A DNA stretch of 63,647 nt, filler included, from Reticulomyxa filosa (lineage: Eukaryota > Protista > Foraminifera): assembly GCA_000512085.1 (NCBI GenBank). It is 21 parts of 21 records of this genome, joined end to end, with 100 filler letters (N's around TTAATTAATTAA, not from the genome) between each part and the next. Parts side by side here need not be neighbours in the genome. Positions count along the whole stretch, not along the records: positions 51,355 to 53,700 come from ASPP01020199.1; positions 53,801 to 55,004 come from ASPP01004542.1; positions 55,105 to 56,367 come from ASPP01045587.1; positions 56,468 to 57,535 come from ASPP01042294.1; positions 57,636 to 61,697 come from ASPP01009442.1; positions 61,798 to 63,647 come from ASPP01034568.1; 15 more parts are not named here. The stretch is one strand, 5' to 3'. How positions within the stretch are numbered: position 1 is the first letter of the stretch; each line of letters starts with the position of its first letter. The translations under genes and the position numbers were made by a program. This document shows, piece after piece, positions 51,390-63,647 of this stretch. The notes under the pieces are model-generated. The model saw only the letters and a list, made by a program, of their open reading frames with translations, did no database searches and was not told the origin of the DNA.

Positions 51390-53621
51390 AAATGATGAGA
51401 AAGAGAATGAAGTAAATGCTGACAATGCAAACAAAAAGGACAACCTGCAACAAATAAAAAAAGAACAAAAAAGATTACAATTGGAATTGAAAAACACGAC
51501 ACAAAGACGGAAATATCTATTGAAGCAACAAACAGCATTGCAAAACAATTTACGAGACTTGATTGGAGTGACCATATCGACCCGAAATTGGAACAAAACA
51601 ATTCTACCAATACCGATGCTGATATGAATGTGAATGCGAATACCAGTGTAAATGCAGATGACAATGAAAATAGTGAGAGTGGTGGGTTAACGAAGAATGG
51701 AGTAAAGATCAAAGCGAGACCAAACAACTTGTATGAGTTGGATGTATCGCAGTGGTCCATTGCACAGGTGGGTCAGTGGATTTCATCTTTGGGATTGATC
51801 CGATACCAATTGGACTTTGAGTATCAAAAAATCGACGGCAAGAAACTGTTGCGATTGAAGTATGAAGACTTGGGAGACTTGCTTCGCAACAAGGACGACT
51901 CTTTTTATTTATTCCAGCGATTGCAAAAATTGCAAGTGGCAGTTTGGTTGTGTTTTTTTTTTTTTTTTTGTTTTGTTTTTAAAAAGAAAAAAAAAAAAAA
52001 ATCATCATCACATACAATATAATATCAACTGGAAGTGGCGAGATTTGTACGTGACATTGCGCAAAGAACTACATTCTAATCGAAGACAACAAAAGACAAT
52101 TGAACAACAATTACAAGACATTCAATCCAATAAACAATATGTGTTGAAAATTGAAGATTACAATAATGATAATAACAATAACACTGAGTTGGAATCAAAA
52201 GCCCCCTTTGACAATGTAGATACTGATCATACGATACTAGTACCCCAACCTCCGACGTTGCGCGCGTTCAATGAATTGAAAAGAAACTTTCAAACGTGGG
52301 TGTCTCGCAAAAAGCTGCAATCAGGAGGGACCGAAGACATGAAAGTAGACGCCTCCCACGTGATCCCATCGTCTGACTCTGGCGTGCAGCAAGACTCGGA
52401 GCCTAAAAACGCGCACCAAAGCAGTCACAGCTTGAAAGGATTGTTGGACAAGTTTCGCCACAAGGCGGCCGCATCCACACATCTCAACCCCGTGACAACG
52501 GAAATACACAGCGCACTGGGACAGCAGGGACAGACGCAGCCTTCGGAAAGTGCGTCGCAGATTGTGCTTATGCCTTACCAGCAAAAAGCGCCTATTCACA
52601 GTCCATTGTCGGAAATTGCCAAGGCAAAGCAAGGGGCGTTGGTCCAGCGAGACGTGAAAGATGATGACAATAATGATGACGCACCTGTTATTGATAATGA
52701 TGACGATGACAATGAAAACGATGGAGATGACGAACATGATGGTTATAATGAATATGACGACTATGATGGAGCAAGTGATGACAGTGGTAGTGGCAATGAT
52801 GATGATGATAATAATGATGACGATGACGACGATAATAATAATGATAATAAACCAAGTCATCATGATAGCTTGAAGACGGTACAATCCGCACCACTTCGCA
52901 GCAAGCCGACAAATGACAACCTCGTTGGACGACATATAGCGTCACCAATGTCTGAAGATCACAGAGCAAAGCAAAACAAAACACAAGCCAAAAGCACCAG
53001 AAAGACCAAACCAAACAAACGAAGCAACGATGATGATGATGACGGCAAGCAAGAATTTTTAGAGGATAAAGCATTCGGCCAAACATTCACATTCCAAGCC
53101 AATACTGCAAGTTTGCACATTTCCATTTTTGTTAAACAACAATAATAACAACAAAAAATAATGGGACGGATGATTGCACAGAATTCATACAAATAATTTC
53201 TTTCTTTTGGAAAACAAAAAAAAAAAAAAAGAAAGGGACAACCGATGTAAACGAAGCAAATCTTGTGATAAATGAGTCTCAAAGGATAGCTGAGAAAACA
53301 ATTCGATCAATGACCGGATTCCGGAGAAGTGTGTCCAAATCCCCTCCTGCCCTATCTCCGCACTCTGCGGATGACACTTCAAACCACAGTGACAAACGAA
53401 GCGGCGGCTTCGGCAAGTTTCTGTTTGTGCGATCGCAGCCTGAAGACGGCAATCTGGACCACGCCGGAATTGTTGGATACGCACGACGTTTGAGTACAAA
53501 GTTAGTATCCCCTCTCTTTTTTTCTTTTTGAGTTCATTTGCGACGATTTGTGTGAGTTATGTATACATACATATGTATGTATGCGTAACAAGTCAATTTG
53601 GGGAGGATGAGTGCATTAACC

Positions 53622-53658
<37 letters not shown>

Positions 53659-53690
53659 TCAACAGATGTCCGGCACAGCCAAGCGAATGG
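51355..53690 (+). CDS. SAM-domain protein with coiled coil and acidic low-complexity region; multi-exon, truncated
   Basis: SAM: VSQWSIAQVGQWISSLGLIRYQLDFEYQKIDGKKLLRLKYEDLGDL; Asp/Asn tract ~52660-52850. Confidence 0.8.
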
Positions 53691-53800
53691 ATAAAGAAGA
53701 NNNNNNNNNNNNNNNNNNNNNNNNNNNNNNNNNNNNNNNNNNNNTTAATTAATTAANNNNNNNNNNNNNNNNNNNNNNNNNNNNNNNNNNNNNNNNNNNN

Positions 53801-55004
53801 AAATACTTGACAGCTTAAAAAGCAAGCGGGAGAATTGGAAAAAGATCAAAACAAAGAAATGGAAGAATTAAAAGAGAGTTGAAAAGATACCAAGAAATTC
53901 AAAAAGAATATCAAAAAGAAAGTGTGATATTGGAAACTACCTCCAAATTTTTAAAGAATCGAGATTTTTCAGACTCTGAGATTTTAGAATTGATCAATGA
54001 TGAAACCTTACTTTTTGAAAAGATCCAAAAATACGAAAGAGAAATTAGCAGTGCCAAAGGCGTGGGGCTATGTGTTTGACATATTGAATCCATCAAGAAC
54101 GGAAAAGGTATTAAATTATTTGAAAGAGTGCAAAGCGATTTCCTTTTCTTTTACAGACATTGTAGCAGCCAATGATCAAGTCAAGGACCAAAGAGGAGAA
54201 AAAAAACAAAGTACGTTGAGACAAGACCTTGTCGTCGCACTACATTCGGTGGAGCATTATTTGCAATGTTACGGTGAATTTGTTCAAAGTCAACTCCGAT
54301 CATTGGATTATACGGAAATATCGTCAGCATCCAAAACAGATGCAAATGAATTTATGGAAAAATGGAAACAATTGTGAATCGATTGAATGAAATAAATAAA
54401 TTAGAAAAGAATCATCCTGTTATTTTTGCATTTTTTCCACAAGACATGACGGAACAATTTCCCAGCAAACTTGAAAAAACCTGGTTAAATTTATCCGGTA
54501 AAATGACGAAATGTGCAAGACAGAGCAATTTTCGGGCATTAAATAATAGAATATCTGCAACCAAGGCATTGAGTATGTTGGATGATTATACCAAGCCCAA
54601 TTGTAAATTTCGTGATTTATTTTTGAAGCATCAAGAGGCTCTATTTAATTATGTTATCGATGCCAGCAAAGTGCTTAAAGCCATAGAAGAGCATCGCTAC
54701 ACTGATGTTGATGCAGAAATGTTCAAAATCAACCAGTATAGAGATGGAGATGTACAAGCGGAAAGAGTATTTGAAAAGCTCCAAAACTCTCTGTCACGCT
54801 CGCTGAAAGGATTGATCAACAATGTGATGATGCTAAGAGGCAATGATATGAATTTAGAAAATGTGATCAAGTTGGAAGAGCAATTGAGATGGATTGAAGA
54901 AGCCAAAAATTTTGTGTTTGAATACATAGAGAATAATACAAAAAAAGAAATCGAAAAGATGGAGCGTGAAACGAAATCATTGATTGAAAAACGAATACTC
55001 GAAG
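53801..55004 (+). CDS. Internal fragment of a large alpha-helical protein with frameshifts (sequencing errors or pseudogene)
   Basis: Three overlapping ORFs (53879-54079, 53997-54377, 54362-55004) form one helical protein with shifts near 54055-54068 and at the A-run 54358-54362. Confidence 0.55.
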
Positions 55005-57659
55005 NNNNNNNNNNNNNNNNNNNNNNNNNNNNNNNNNNNNNNNNNNNNTTAATTAATTAANNNNNNNNNNNNNNNNNNNNNNNNNNNNNNNNNNNNNNNN
55101 NNNNACCCAAAAAACTTGAACTTTAACTTTAAAAAAAAAATATTAACTTCTCCTAATTTGATAACGACGAGCAAAAAAAATGAACTAAACAACGAAAAAC
55201 TTTTTTAATGTTTATCAAAGCTAAAGACTATTACTAAATCGATAAGGTTTTGATAGAGAAAGATGTTTCTTTTTTTTGTTTGACTTAACATTCTAATTTT
55301 TCAAAATAATTATTATCAGAAATCCAAATGAATCTCATAACTCCCTTTCTTCTGGTTCACTCAGTCGTATTTTAGTCAGAAATTCTATTCAAATGAAAGG
55401 TTCCTATGGCTATGTTTCAACTCAAGAAATTAAAACTATGCACACGACAAATAAAAAAAGTTTTTTTTAACATTTCACAAAAAAAGCACGAAATTTCATG
55501 GACAAATACTCGATAACAGAAATAGCTTGTTTTTTTGTTGCTGCGAATACTTATTAAAAATTGATATTTGCAATTTTGAGAAAATAATTTGAAAATATGT
55601 ACGCGATTATAGTATTAGTGCGTTTCATGTTTTTGAAATAAAACAAAAATGATCACTAAAAGGAAGCGGTGTACTGCTGAGGACAAACTGTGACAACAAA
55701 AAGTGCAAGTTAAAAAACAAAAAATCCAACAAACTCGTCAGCCTCACTTGGAGCATCGGCTTCGAAATTCTTTTCTTGGGTCGTTTTGAACAGTTATGTT
55801 TATTGTGTGGTTTTTCAGAGTCATGTCTCAATGAATTTTTCTTGTCTTGTAAACAAAACAACAAGAGCTTTTTTGTGTTGTTTCTTTCAAAAAAAAAAAA
55901 AAAATGTTTCAATTTAAAAAAGATAAGCAAAACGAAACAAGGATAACATTTTTTTTTGTTCATTAAAAAATGGTTTGATTAGAAATAAAACAATGGATTG
56001 GCAACACTGTTGTACAATAGGAAACACGAATCTAAAAGATGAGTCATGTTTCATTGGATCATTTCCAATTGTCGACAAACCGCTTGGCATTGGCGCTTCC
56101 ACAAAAAAGCAAAAAGTCATCCAAAAAAAGACAAGTTTCAAACGATCCCAAAAAAAATGGCCAAAGCAGTCGCAGCTCCAGCAAGAAAGAATCAAAGAAA
56201 GGTTATGACAGTATCAAAAAGCAAAAGAAACGTCATGAACTTTCTTATCAAAAAAAGGCACTTCAAGTTATTTGAGTGAGTTTGTGAAATGCATACAGAA
56301 TTTAGTTATGTTCACTGTGTGCATTTGATCAGTGTGAATTATTTGGACATGTTTTCATATTGCAATTNNNNNNNNNNNNNNNNNNNNNNNNNNNNNNNNN
56401 NNNNNNNNNNNTTAATTAATTAANNNNNNNNNNNNNNNNNNNNNNNNNNNNNNNNNNNNNNNNNNNNTAATGTGTTTCCTTATATTAATTAGAGTGTATA
56501 AAAAAAAAGAACCCAACAGCGACAGAAGTACCGACACATGTGAAAGCGATGATGCAAGCAAACGAGGAGTATCCACTGGCAGATAACATTGAAGTGGAGT
56601 TTGAACTGGAGAAAAGGGAAGGGCACAATCGGAAGAGTAATACATTGGAATATAGCAAGAAGAATATGGCAAATGGAATCGTTTGATTAATCACAATAGC
56701 AATGACAATGATAATTATTATTATTATTATTATTATGGCTATTATAATGGCAATAAAAATTAGAGCAATTTTTATCCGAGTGGTTTGGAATTACAACCCA
56801 CTCGCTCAAATTTGGCATTTGCAATTGGAGTACTCGCGAATATACAACACAGTGCACACATTAACTTGAATAAAAACGTCAGTACCAATGTGAGCATCAA
56901 ACATGAGTACGACCGATTCAAGTGTCGACATATGGAGTGTATGCAAAAATGTTATGCTGTTATAATTGCAAAAAGAACCAGTTTATGTACATTTCCAGCA
57001 GTTGTATAATTGCCCTCTTGCGAGATTTGGTCGGCGATGTTGCGTTTATATCTCTGATTTCTGACTATGTACTCCGACGACAACTAAATATCAATGGCTG
57101 GGACAAAGCTTCGTATGGCTTCAACCAACGTATTACCTGCAGCTGCTCTTGCAACTTCTACATGAAAATGTAGTGACTTCCTTATATTTTTAATTCTCAC
57201 ATTGATCCTCGTTATTGCCAATTTAATATTTTTGTATAATTGGATCGCCGATGGTGTTCGTCGAAATCAGGAAGATTTGAATGAGATCATACGATTACAA
57301 ACAGTCTTCAGTTGCGGTCGCATTTTTTTGTTTGTTTTGCAAACAATCATCGTGATGCGTTTTATATGCAGCGATAAAAAATATTCACACTGACAACGCA
57401 ATTGTTTAATACATAAAAAAGTAACTGCGGAAGTAAAATTTTATTTTCTGAAACACAATCCAAAAATAATGGCAAATTTCACAAATAAATAAGTGTTAGC
57501 CTTTTTCCAAGAATTTAAAAAGTAAGCGAAAAATCNNNNNNNNNNNNNNNNNNNNNNNNNNNNNNNNNNNNNNNNNNNNTTAATTAATTAANNNNNNNNN
57601 NNNNNNNNNNNNNNNNNNNNNNNNNNNNNNNNNNNAGAGAGAGAGAGAGAGAAAAACAC

Positions 57660-60600
57660 AAAATAAAACCTTAAGCTTTTGGGCATTCTTGGAGGGATAG
57701 TGGTACTCAAATCCAAACCTAGACTGTTACTGTAACTATGTCCGTAGACTCGGGGAACAGTCGGGGGCGGTGGGGACTTTGCTTGCGCTCGCTGACTTCG
57801 GACTTTGTGTTCTGACATTGGATAGCTCTCGTCTGGGTTGCTTGCGTTCGACTTCGACTTTGGCTTCGTCTTAAATGTGACGTCGCTGGCCGTGTTTGTT
57901 TTTTGAATTTGGATTTGGATTTTTGGCTTTGGCTTCGAATTTGTATTCGCATTTGCACTGATGTTTGCATTTGCACTTGTATTGGAATTAGATTGAGGAA
58001 AATCGTCTGGTAGAGGCTGTTGTAATAGTTCTTCTTCTTCGTCGTCTTTAGCGTTGAATTCGGAGAAGTCTTTCTGTTTTGGAAACGCCTTTTCGTCGTC
58101 GCCGCCGCCGTCACGTTTGCGGTCTTCTTTGACATTTGCCTGGTCATTGAGTTTTGCATCGTCACCATCATCTTCCGCGGTCATGTCATCAGAGCCTACT
58201 TGATCTTCATCAATTTCCTCTTCTTCTTCTTCGTCAACTTCTTTCTCTGTTGCGTCTTCTCTTTCGAGATCATCTGCGTCGTCACCATCATTTGCTTCGT
58301 CTTCCTTTTCCTCGTCTTCTTTTTCTTCTTCTTCTTGTTCTTCTTGTTCTTCTTGTTCTTGTTCTTGTTCTTCTTCTTCTTCTTCGAGCAGTCTTTCGAT
58401 ATCATCGTCATCGTCATCTTCATCGTCAGGCAGGTCCTCTGGCAGATCGTCGTCGTAGTCCGGCCACCACTCGTCGGACAGCAGTTTCCAAAACACACGG
58501 GAGCACTGGCAAATAGCCTTGCTGATCTTCACGCGGGTCAACCCCGTGAGCAAAGGGATGCAAATATCGTTGGCGGGCACATCGCTGTCACTAAAGTACT
58601 TTCGCAAGTCCGCGATTATTTGCTTAGCTCCAATGACTGTCAGCAGGTGCTTGTTGCAAAACTGCTTCCGAGCAAAGATGTTGTTCAAATTCACTTTTTG
58701 ATAGAACGGCTGTGACATGTTGCGGACTTCTAAGTCCATTGGAGGTTTTTGATTTCCAGTCGCGCACTATTTGGCCAAATGTTAAAAAAAAAAGGGGGGG
58801 GGGGGATCAAAGATTATTACATATATATATATATACATACATTTATGTATATATGTATGTACGCATGTATGTAATAAAATAATAAAAAAATAAAAAATGA
58901 AAACAAACCACCAAAGCGGTTAAAAACGCTTCGTATTCTTCGGCAGTGATGAAAGATTCGTTGTCTTCATTGATCAAGCGAAAGAGTTCATCACGATAAG
59001 GGGGCGGTAAAAGATTGAATATGCGGTCCATTGATGCTCTTGTCACTTCTCCTTGCTGTTGGACCCCAGGCCACGCGCCAACTAAAATGCCCATAAGCCA
59101 CGAGTAGTTCTATGGTGTGCGTATGTGTGTGTGTGTGTGTGTGTGTTGCATTGGTTTCTGCGCATGCATGCATGCACACGTGTGTACGTTTGTGAAAGAC
59201 AATTCGGGAGGGGAGGAGAGGAGAGGAGAGGGGGAGTAACATGTAAATTCGTTAGAGTGGTGCGCTTGTCTTCTATCCTCTCTCGCAATTCGGGTCTGTC
59301 CGCGTTGGAGCGATTTGGATCCAATATCCAGGTATACGACGGTCGAAATCGCAATTCATGGATCATAACTATATATATGTATATACAGATTAGAAATATC
59401 GAGCTTTTTTTAAACAATTATTCACTTAGGAGGAGGGGGGGGGGTAGAAGGGAGGGAAAAAAGTACAAAAGTTGGGACACATAGCTTTTATAATTTTTCT
59501 TTTGATCGGAATTTGTTTCGGAATGTTCGTGTCCGTATAAATCTTCAATGCTGTCTCCAGTTTTTGTTTTCGTCACACTTTGTTCTCGAAACTTGACTTG
59601 TCCAGTTCGACTAGGAGCAATGATTCTTAGCAATGTGTCATCTGACACGACTATAGATTTTAGAATTTTTTTTTTTACTTTGAGAAAGAAGAAAAAAAAA
59701 AAAAAGATACAAGTAATGTCTTGTTTTGTTTTGTTTTTTTTTTTTTTTTGCAATAACTTTTTTCATCGCCATAAATATCCTCAAAGTCCGCAGACAACGG
59801 GTCCGGAACATCTTTTTCGGGATTCATGTGTGCGTTTTCCAATATCACCCCAATCTTTCCAAACAATTTGCCTTGCTTGATATCCGGGAACAGTGCGGGT
59901 TCAGCTTCATGTTCGACCTCGGCTTCCTCTTCTTTGTGTGTTTCCAAGATCTGTATTTTCTTTCCCATTGACATTGTTGCGGTAGTTGTTGATGTCGCCG
60001 TCGCGCTTGCGGTCGCGGTCAAAGGATACTCGCGTTCTTTGTTACTCGAGGTGCTACTGCTGCGCCGATCCAACAACGGCAAGTCGGGTACCGTGGTCAC
60101 TACCACATGCATCCCCCCACCACTGATTCCATCATTGAGATTCGCAGTGGTGCCACTGTTAACGTTGGTGGCACTGACATTGGTACCGCCTTTGGTCGGT
60201 GGCAATGGTTCGTTTAGGTTCAAGTCCGGAATGAGTCCGGCTATATCTTGATGCAGCAGCGGCGAGGCGGTGAGTGTGCTACTGTTTGAATACCTGCGAC
60301 TGGCCATTTTGGGAGAAATAGTGGGACTCCCCTCCACACGATTGCGTTCATTGTTGTCAATACCCTTGGGTTTGTCGTCTCTGGACTCTCCGTGATCGCT
60401 ACCCGCAAATGGGTTAGGCTCAATTATGGGATGGTCACTGGTAATCACAATCCGACCTTTCACACTGTGGAGAAGTTCATCATCCGTATCATTGCCCTGT
60501 TTTTGGGAAAGGCCATCCATTATTATTACTTTGTTCTTGTCTTTGTTATGTCCATCATTATTGTTATTTGTGTTATTAATATTATTAACATTATTATTAT

Positions 60601-61620
60601 TATTATTGTTGTTACTATTATAAGTATTATTGCTATTATTATTATTATTACTATTATTATTATTATTATTATTATTATTGTTTGTGTTGTTATTATTAAT
60701 GTGATCCTCTGAGCTTTTTTTAATGGGCATCAATGTCATATCGACATTACGCAATAACGGCTCAAAGACAACCATCGACAGTCCAGATTGCTTCGACGTA
60801 GTTCCTGATCTGTTCTTGTCTTTTTCGTCTGAGAAATTCTTTTCCAAATCACCGGTGTTCCCATCGCCTGCAGCAGAGGATATACTCATGCGAACGGATG
60901 GACTCTTTTTCTCTTGCTGCGCAAGCCCAAAGTCCGAGAGCGAATGGAACGAGTTGTCGATATCTTGATGAGAGTGTTCATCCCCTCCCAGAGGCAAGTG
61001 TAGCAATGAAGTGTGTTGATCTTGCATGTCAGCGGCCCCAGCCCTTTGCGCCTGTGCCACCATTGTCATGGTCATCATCAAGGTGGTTCGTCCGTCGTGG
61101 TCGCTTCGGATTATTGTTTCGTCCTTGTCGGCCGCAGGTGTGTTTGTTGCGCTGTTCGTCAGCTCCACATATTGACTGGTCAATATCGACGAAGGGGATA
61201 TCAGCTTCGATGTCATATCATCTCCACCTCCTCCGATTCCGATTCCATTTGCATTGCCAAGTATAATGGGTCGAGTCATTCGCTCCATCATGTTTTTGCC
61301 TTTGGGGTATTGCTTCTTTTTGTCACTCTTGATCGTTGGTTGAGATAGTTCCGCGTCTTCTTCTTCTTCTTCTTCTTCTTCTTCCTCCTCTTCCTCTTCT
61401 TCCTCTGCGATTGTTGCAGCTGTGATATGCTGCTGCTCATTGGCTCGATCTTCATCCGCTCTGATCTGTTTTGCCGCGGCCGCGAATGCGTCCCTTTCAC
61501 TTTCGTACACGTGCCAATAATTAAAGACTGTTTCTGGCAAAGACCATTTCCAAAGCACTTGACTTACGTAGTAGATCATCCCGCCAAATGCACCACACAA
61601 TGCGTAGCGATAATATTTGT
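57660..61620 (-). CDS. Large multi-exon protein fragment: end of a TM region, long disordered linker, EF-hand-like segment, acidic tract
   Basis: ORFs 59675-61600, 59418-59753, 58843-59094 and 57588-58739 are linked by intron-like AT/microsatellite tracts; ELFRLINEDNESFITAEEY is EF-hand-like. Confidence 0.55.
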
Positions 61621-61855
61621 TCCATCCCTTTATTTATACATATATACATATACATATAAATATATACATATACATATATATATATATATATATATATNNN
61701 NNNNNNNNNNNNNNNNNNNNNNNNNNNNNNNNNNNNNNNNNTTAATTAATTAANNNNNNNNNNNNNNNNNNNNNNNNNNNNNNNNNNNNNNNNNNNNTAC
61801 GTATATAGTGCTGGTATAAATTACCAAAAAGGAAAATAAATGTTGCAACATATAC

Positions 61856-61894
<39 letters not shown>

Positions 61895-61898
61895 GATA

Positions 61899-62645
61899 TT
61901 ATATGTGTATATACGTATATGTAAAACTTTTGTATACGTAACTCAGTTTTGCAATGGCACCTAGAGCGTAATTGAAGTTGTCGTCGGGACAACATAGCCA
62001 TAGATATGGAGTCCGGCGATAAGGCATGAAATGCAGCTCAAAGGTGTTTTTATTGGAAGTGAGCCTCCTCAGGTCAAGACGATAGGCCATGTTGAAACTC
62101 CTCGGAGATCGCAGTTGCAACAGGAAACGCCGGGACACATATTGACATTGCTTTCGATCTTCCCACTCCAAATAATGAAATATTTCTGGCCACAACACGT
62201 CGGGAATGTCTCCAAAAGTTACATATGGACCACCGCAGCTTTCAAAGTATTCCGATATCTTATGATGTCGTGGCTCCTTACTCGGTTGATTGTTCAATGA
62301 TTTCGCAAATTGTAAACACTCATTCACCTCCAATGCATTTGAGTAACTTAGGGTTGATTGCATTATCCAATACATTATCTTTTGCCAGCTTTGCACTGGA
62401 GCGTTCATGTTACTCAAGTTAAGCCACATATTCAAAAAACTTTTGAACTCGGTTGGTGTCTTAAACTTTTGAAACTGCTCGTTCAGTAAAAGCAATAATG
62501 AAAACAAATCATTCGTTCCAGAGTCCATTTTTCGAACAAGATTGCAAGAGATCTTTTTTCTTATCGAAATATTACAAATATAACTGTTCTGAGATGTTTC
62601 CTTGTTCTGGTTCAGGAACCAGGGTTTCTTCTTCTCCGCTCTCTT
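61899..62645 (-). CDS. F-box protein; truncated
   Basis: FGDIPDVLWPEIFHYLEWEDRKQCQYVSRRF is an F-box consensus. Confidence 0.8.
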   Translation of the reverse strand, partial: KRAEKKKPWFLNQNKETSQNSYICNISIRKKISCNLVRKMDSGTNDLFSLLLLLNEQFQKFKTPTEFKSFLNMWLNLSNMNAPVQSWQKIMYWIMQSTLSYSNALEVNECLQFAKSLNNQPSKEPRHHKISEYFESCGGPYVTFGDIPDVLWPEIFHYLEWEDRKQCQYVSRRFLLQLRSPRSFNMAYRLDLRRLTSNKNTFELHFMPYRRTPYLWLCCPDDNFNYALGAIAKLSYVYKSFTYTYIHI

Positions 62646-62948
62646 TTATCGTGAAAATGTTCCTGAACATTACGTTTCAAAAAGGTTTTACATAAATAAA
62701 ATTAATTTGGGCAGTGACTTCGTTTACAGGATCTACAAGTAATTAGATTTTAAAGTTTACTTCAGCGTTGATGTTGCATTTGACTGCTATTTTTTGATAC
62801 TTTTTTTTTAGTATCGAAATGGATGCATGCTTCTTTGCAAAGACATTTAGTCATGAACGATTTGAAAAAGTGACAAGGGAAGCTTTGCTTTCCGTCAACT
62901 TCGTTCACTAGCCCTTTTATTAGACCTAATTTCGTTTTGTTCATTTCG

Positions 62949-63647
62949 CTAAAAAAGAGCGTATTTTGTGTTCCACTTTAAATTTTGAGCTAACAAAAGG
63001 AACGCCCTTTTCACAGTGTCAGTTGAAGAACTTCTGAAAGTGGGGTCGTAGTGTGAATTGCAAAAACCAACATTTGGAATACATATGTTCAAAGCAAAAC
63101 ATAATACAATGCCAAAGAATGAAAAGACGTCAAAAGCAACTTCCGACAAAAGATGTTCACGACTTATTCCATAAAAAAAATTTGATGTGTTACTTTGTCT
63201 TTTTTTGTAGTATGTGAATTTTTTTCTCCAACAATTGAATTCTCTCTTCTAACAGTTCATTTTCCTTGGCTTCCAATTCCAATTTTGGCCTTTTTTTGTA
63301 TTATTAAGAAAAGAAATGTATTATTTCAGACAAAGTAAATAAACAAATGAACATTAAAAAAAGGAAGGGGAACAAAACTTCAAGGCTTTGTATTTCTATT
63401 CAAAAAAAAAAAAAAAATAGTTTCGATTTGATTATTTAATTAAATAAATAAAAAAGAAGTGTTACTTTGTTTAAATTCGAGAATTCGACTTTTAGATTTG
63501 TATAAGTCGGCCAAACGTGATGCGGATCAGCAGCTTCTCCTTCGACTTGTTTTGTATGCAACTCTTGTGCGCTTGACAAGGACTTGTTATCATTTCCGCC
63601 GTGGTTATTACTATTGTTATTGTTGTTATTGTTGTTATTGTTGTTGT
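62949..63647 (-). CDS. Upstream exons (poly-Asn, coiled coil) of an unknown protein, possibly part of the F-box gene
   Basis: Minus-strand exon NNN..HGGNDNKSLSSAQELHTKQ..., then KRPKLELEAKENELLEERIQLLEKKF after an A/T-rich intron. Confidence 0.4.

Noticed and set aside
53879-55004. Overlapping ORFs suggesting programmed ribosomal frameshifting
   Set aside because: The shifts fall in short homopolymers (e.g. ATGGAAAAATGG needs one more A to read MEKMET). Homopolymer sequencing error or pseudogenisation is simpler, and no stimulatory structure was seen.
1848-61797. Regularly recurring TTAATTAATTAA palindrome flanked by Ns, resembling a repeat array
   Set aside because: Artificial six-frame-stop linker used to concatenate contigs. 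It is not biological and cross-linker synteny is meaningless.
1-63647. tRNA/rRNA genes and alternative genetic code
   Set aside because: No cloverleaf or rRNA-like segment was recognised by eye. In-frame stops in conserved genes are explained by GT-AG introns, so there is no evidence of stop-codon reassignment.

Overview
This window is not a natural locus. It is 21 short contigs joined by 20 identical 100-nt artificial linkers (44 N + TTAATTAATTAA + 44 N), so gene neighbourhood only has meaning within a contig. The DNA is very AT-rich and eukaryotic, with short GT-AG introns full of poly-A/T, (TA)n and (AAT)n tracts. The WD40, Kelch, NACHT and 7TM families seen here resemble the expansions known from the foraminiferan Reticulomyxa filosa; this assignment is an inference and is not database-checked. 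Genes recognised after manual splicing: the C-terminus of a multicopper oxidase on a PT-repeat stalk, a Coa1/Tim21-like protein, an RNI-like LRR protein, P5C dehydrogenase, an AIG1/septin-like GTPase, RanBP2 and C2H2 zinc-finger proteins, a Kelch protein, a V-ATPase proteolipid c, a Cys-less pentameric ligand-gated ion channel, a PH-PH-RCC1 protein, a Zn-finger/TrkA-C fusion, a DDT-WHIM1 protein, a 7TM receptor-like protein, two WD40 proteins, a SAM protein and an F-box protein. Decayed LINE (RT, RNase H, gag knuckle) and Tc1/mariner relics are also present. The most notable observations are a V-ATPase c subunit whose proton-carrying Glu is replaced by Asn, a surface-tethered multicopper oxidase with Ala at the T1-copper axial site, a eukaryotic Zn-finger protein ending in tandem bacterial-type TrkA-C domains, a GLIC/ELIC-like channel, and a perfect 134-bp inverted duplication of a Kelch gene start. 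I found no convincing multi-gene novel system. All gene models are hand-spliced predictions.
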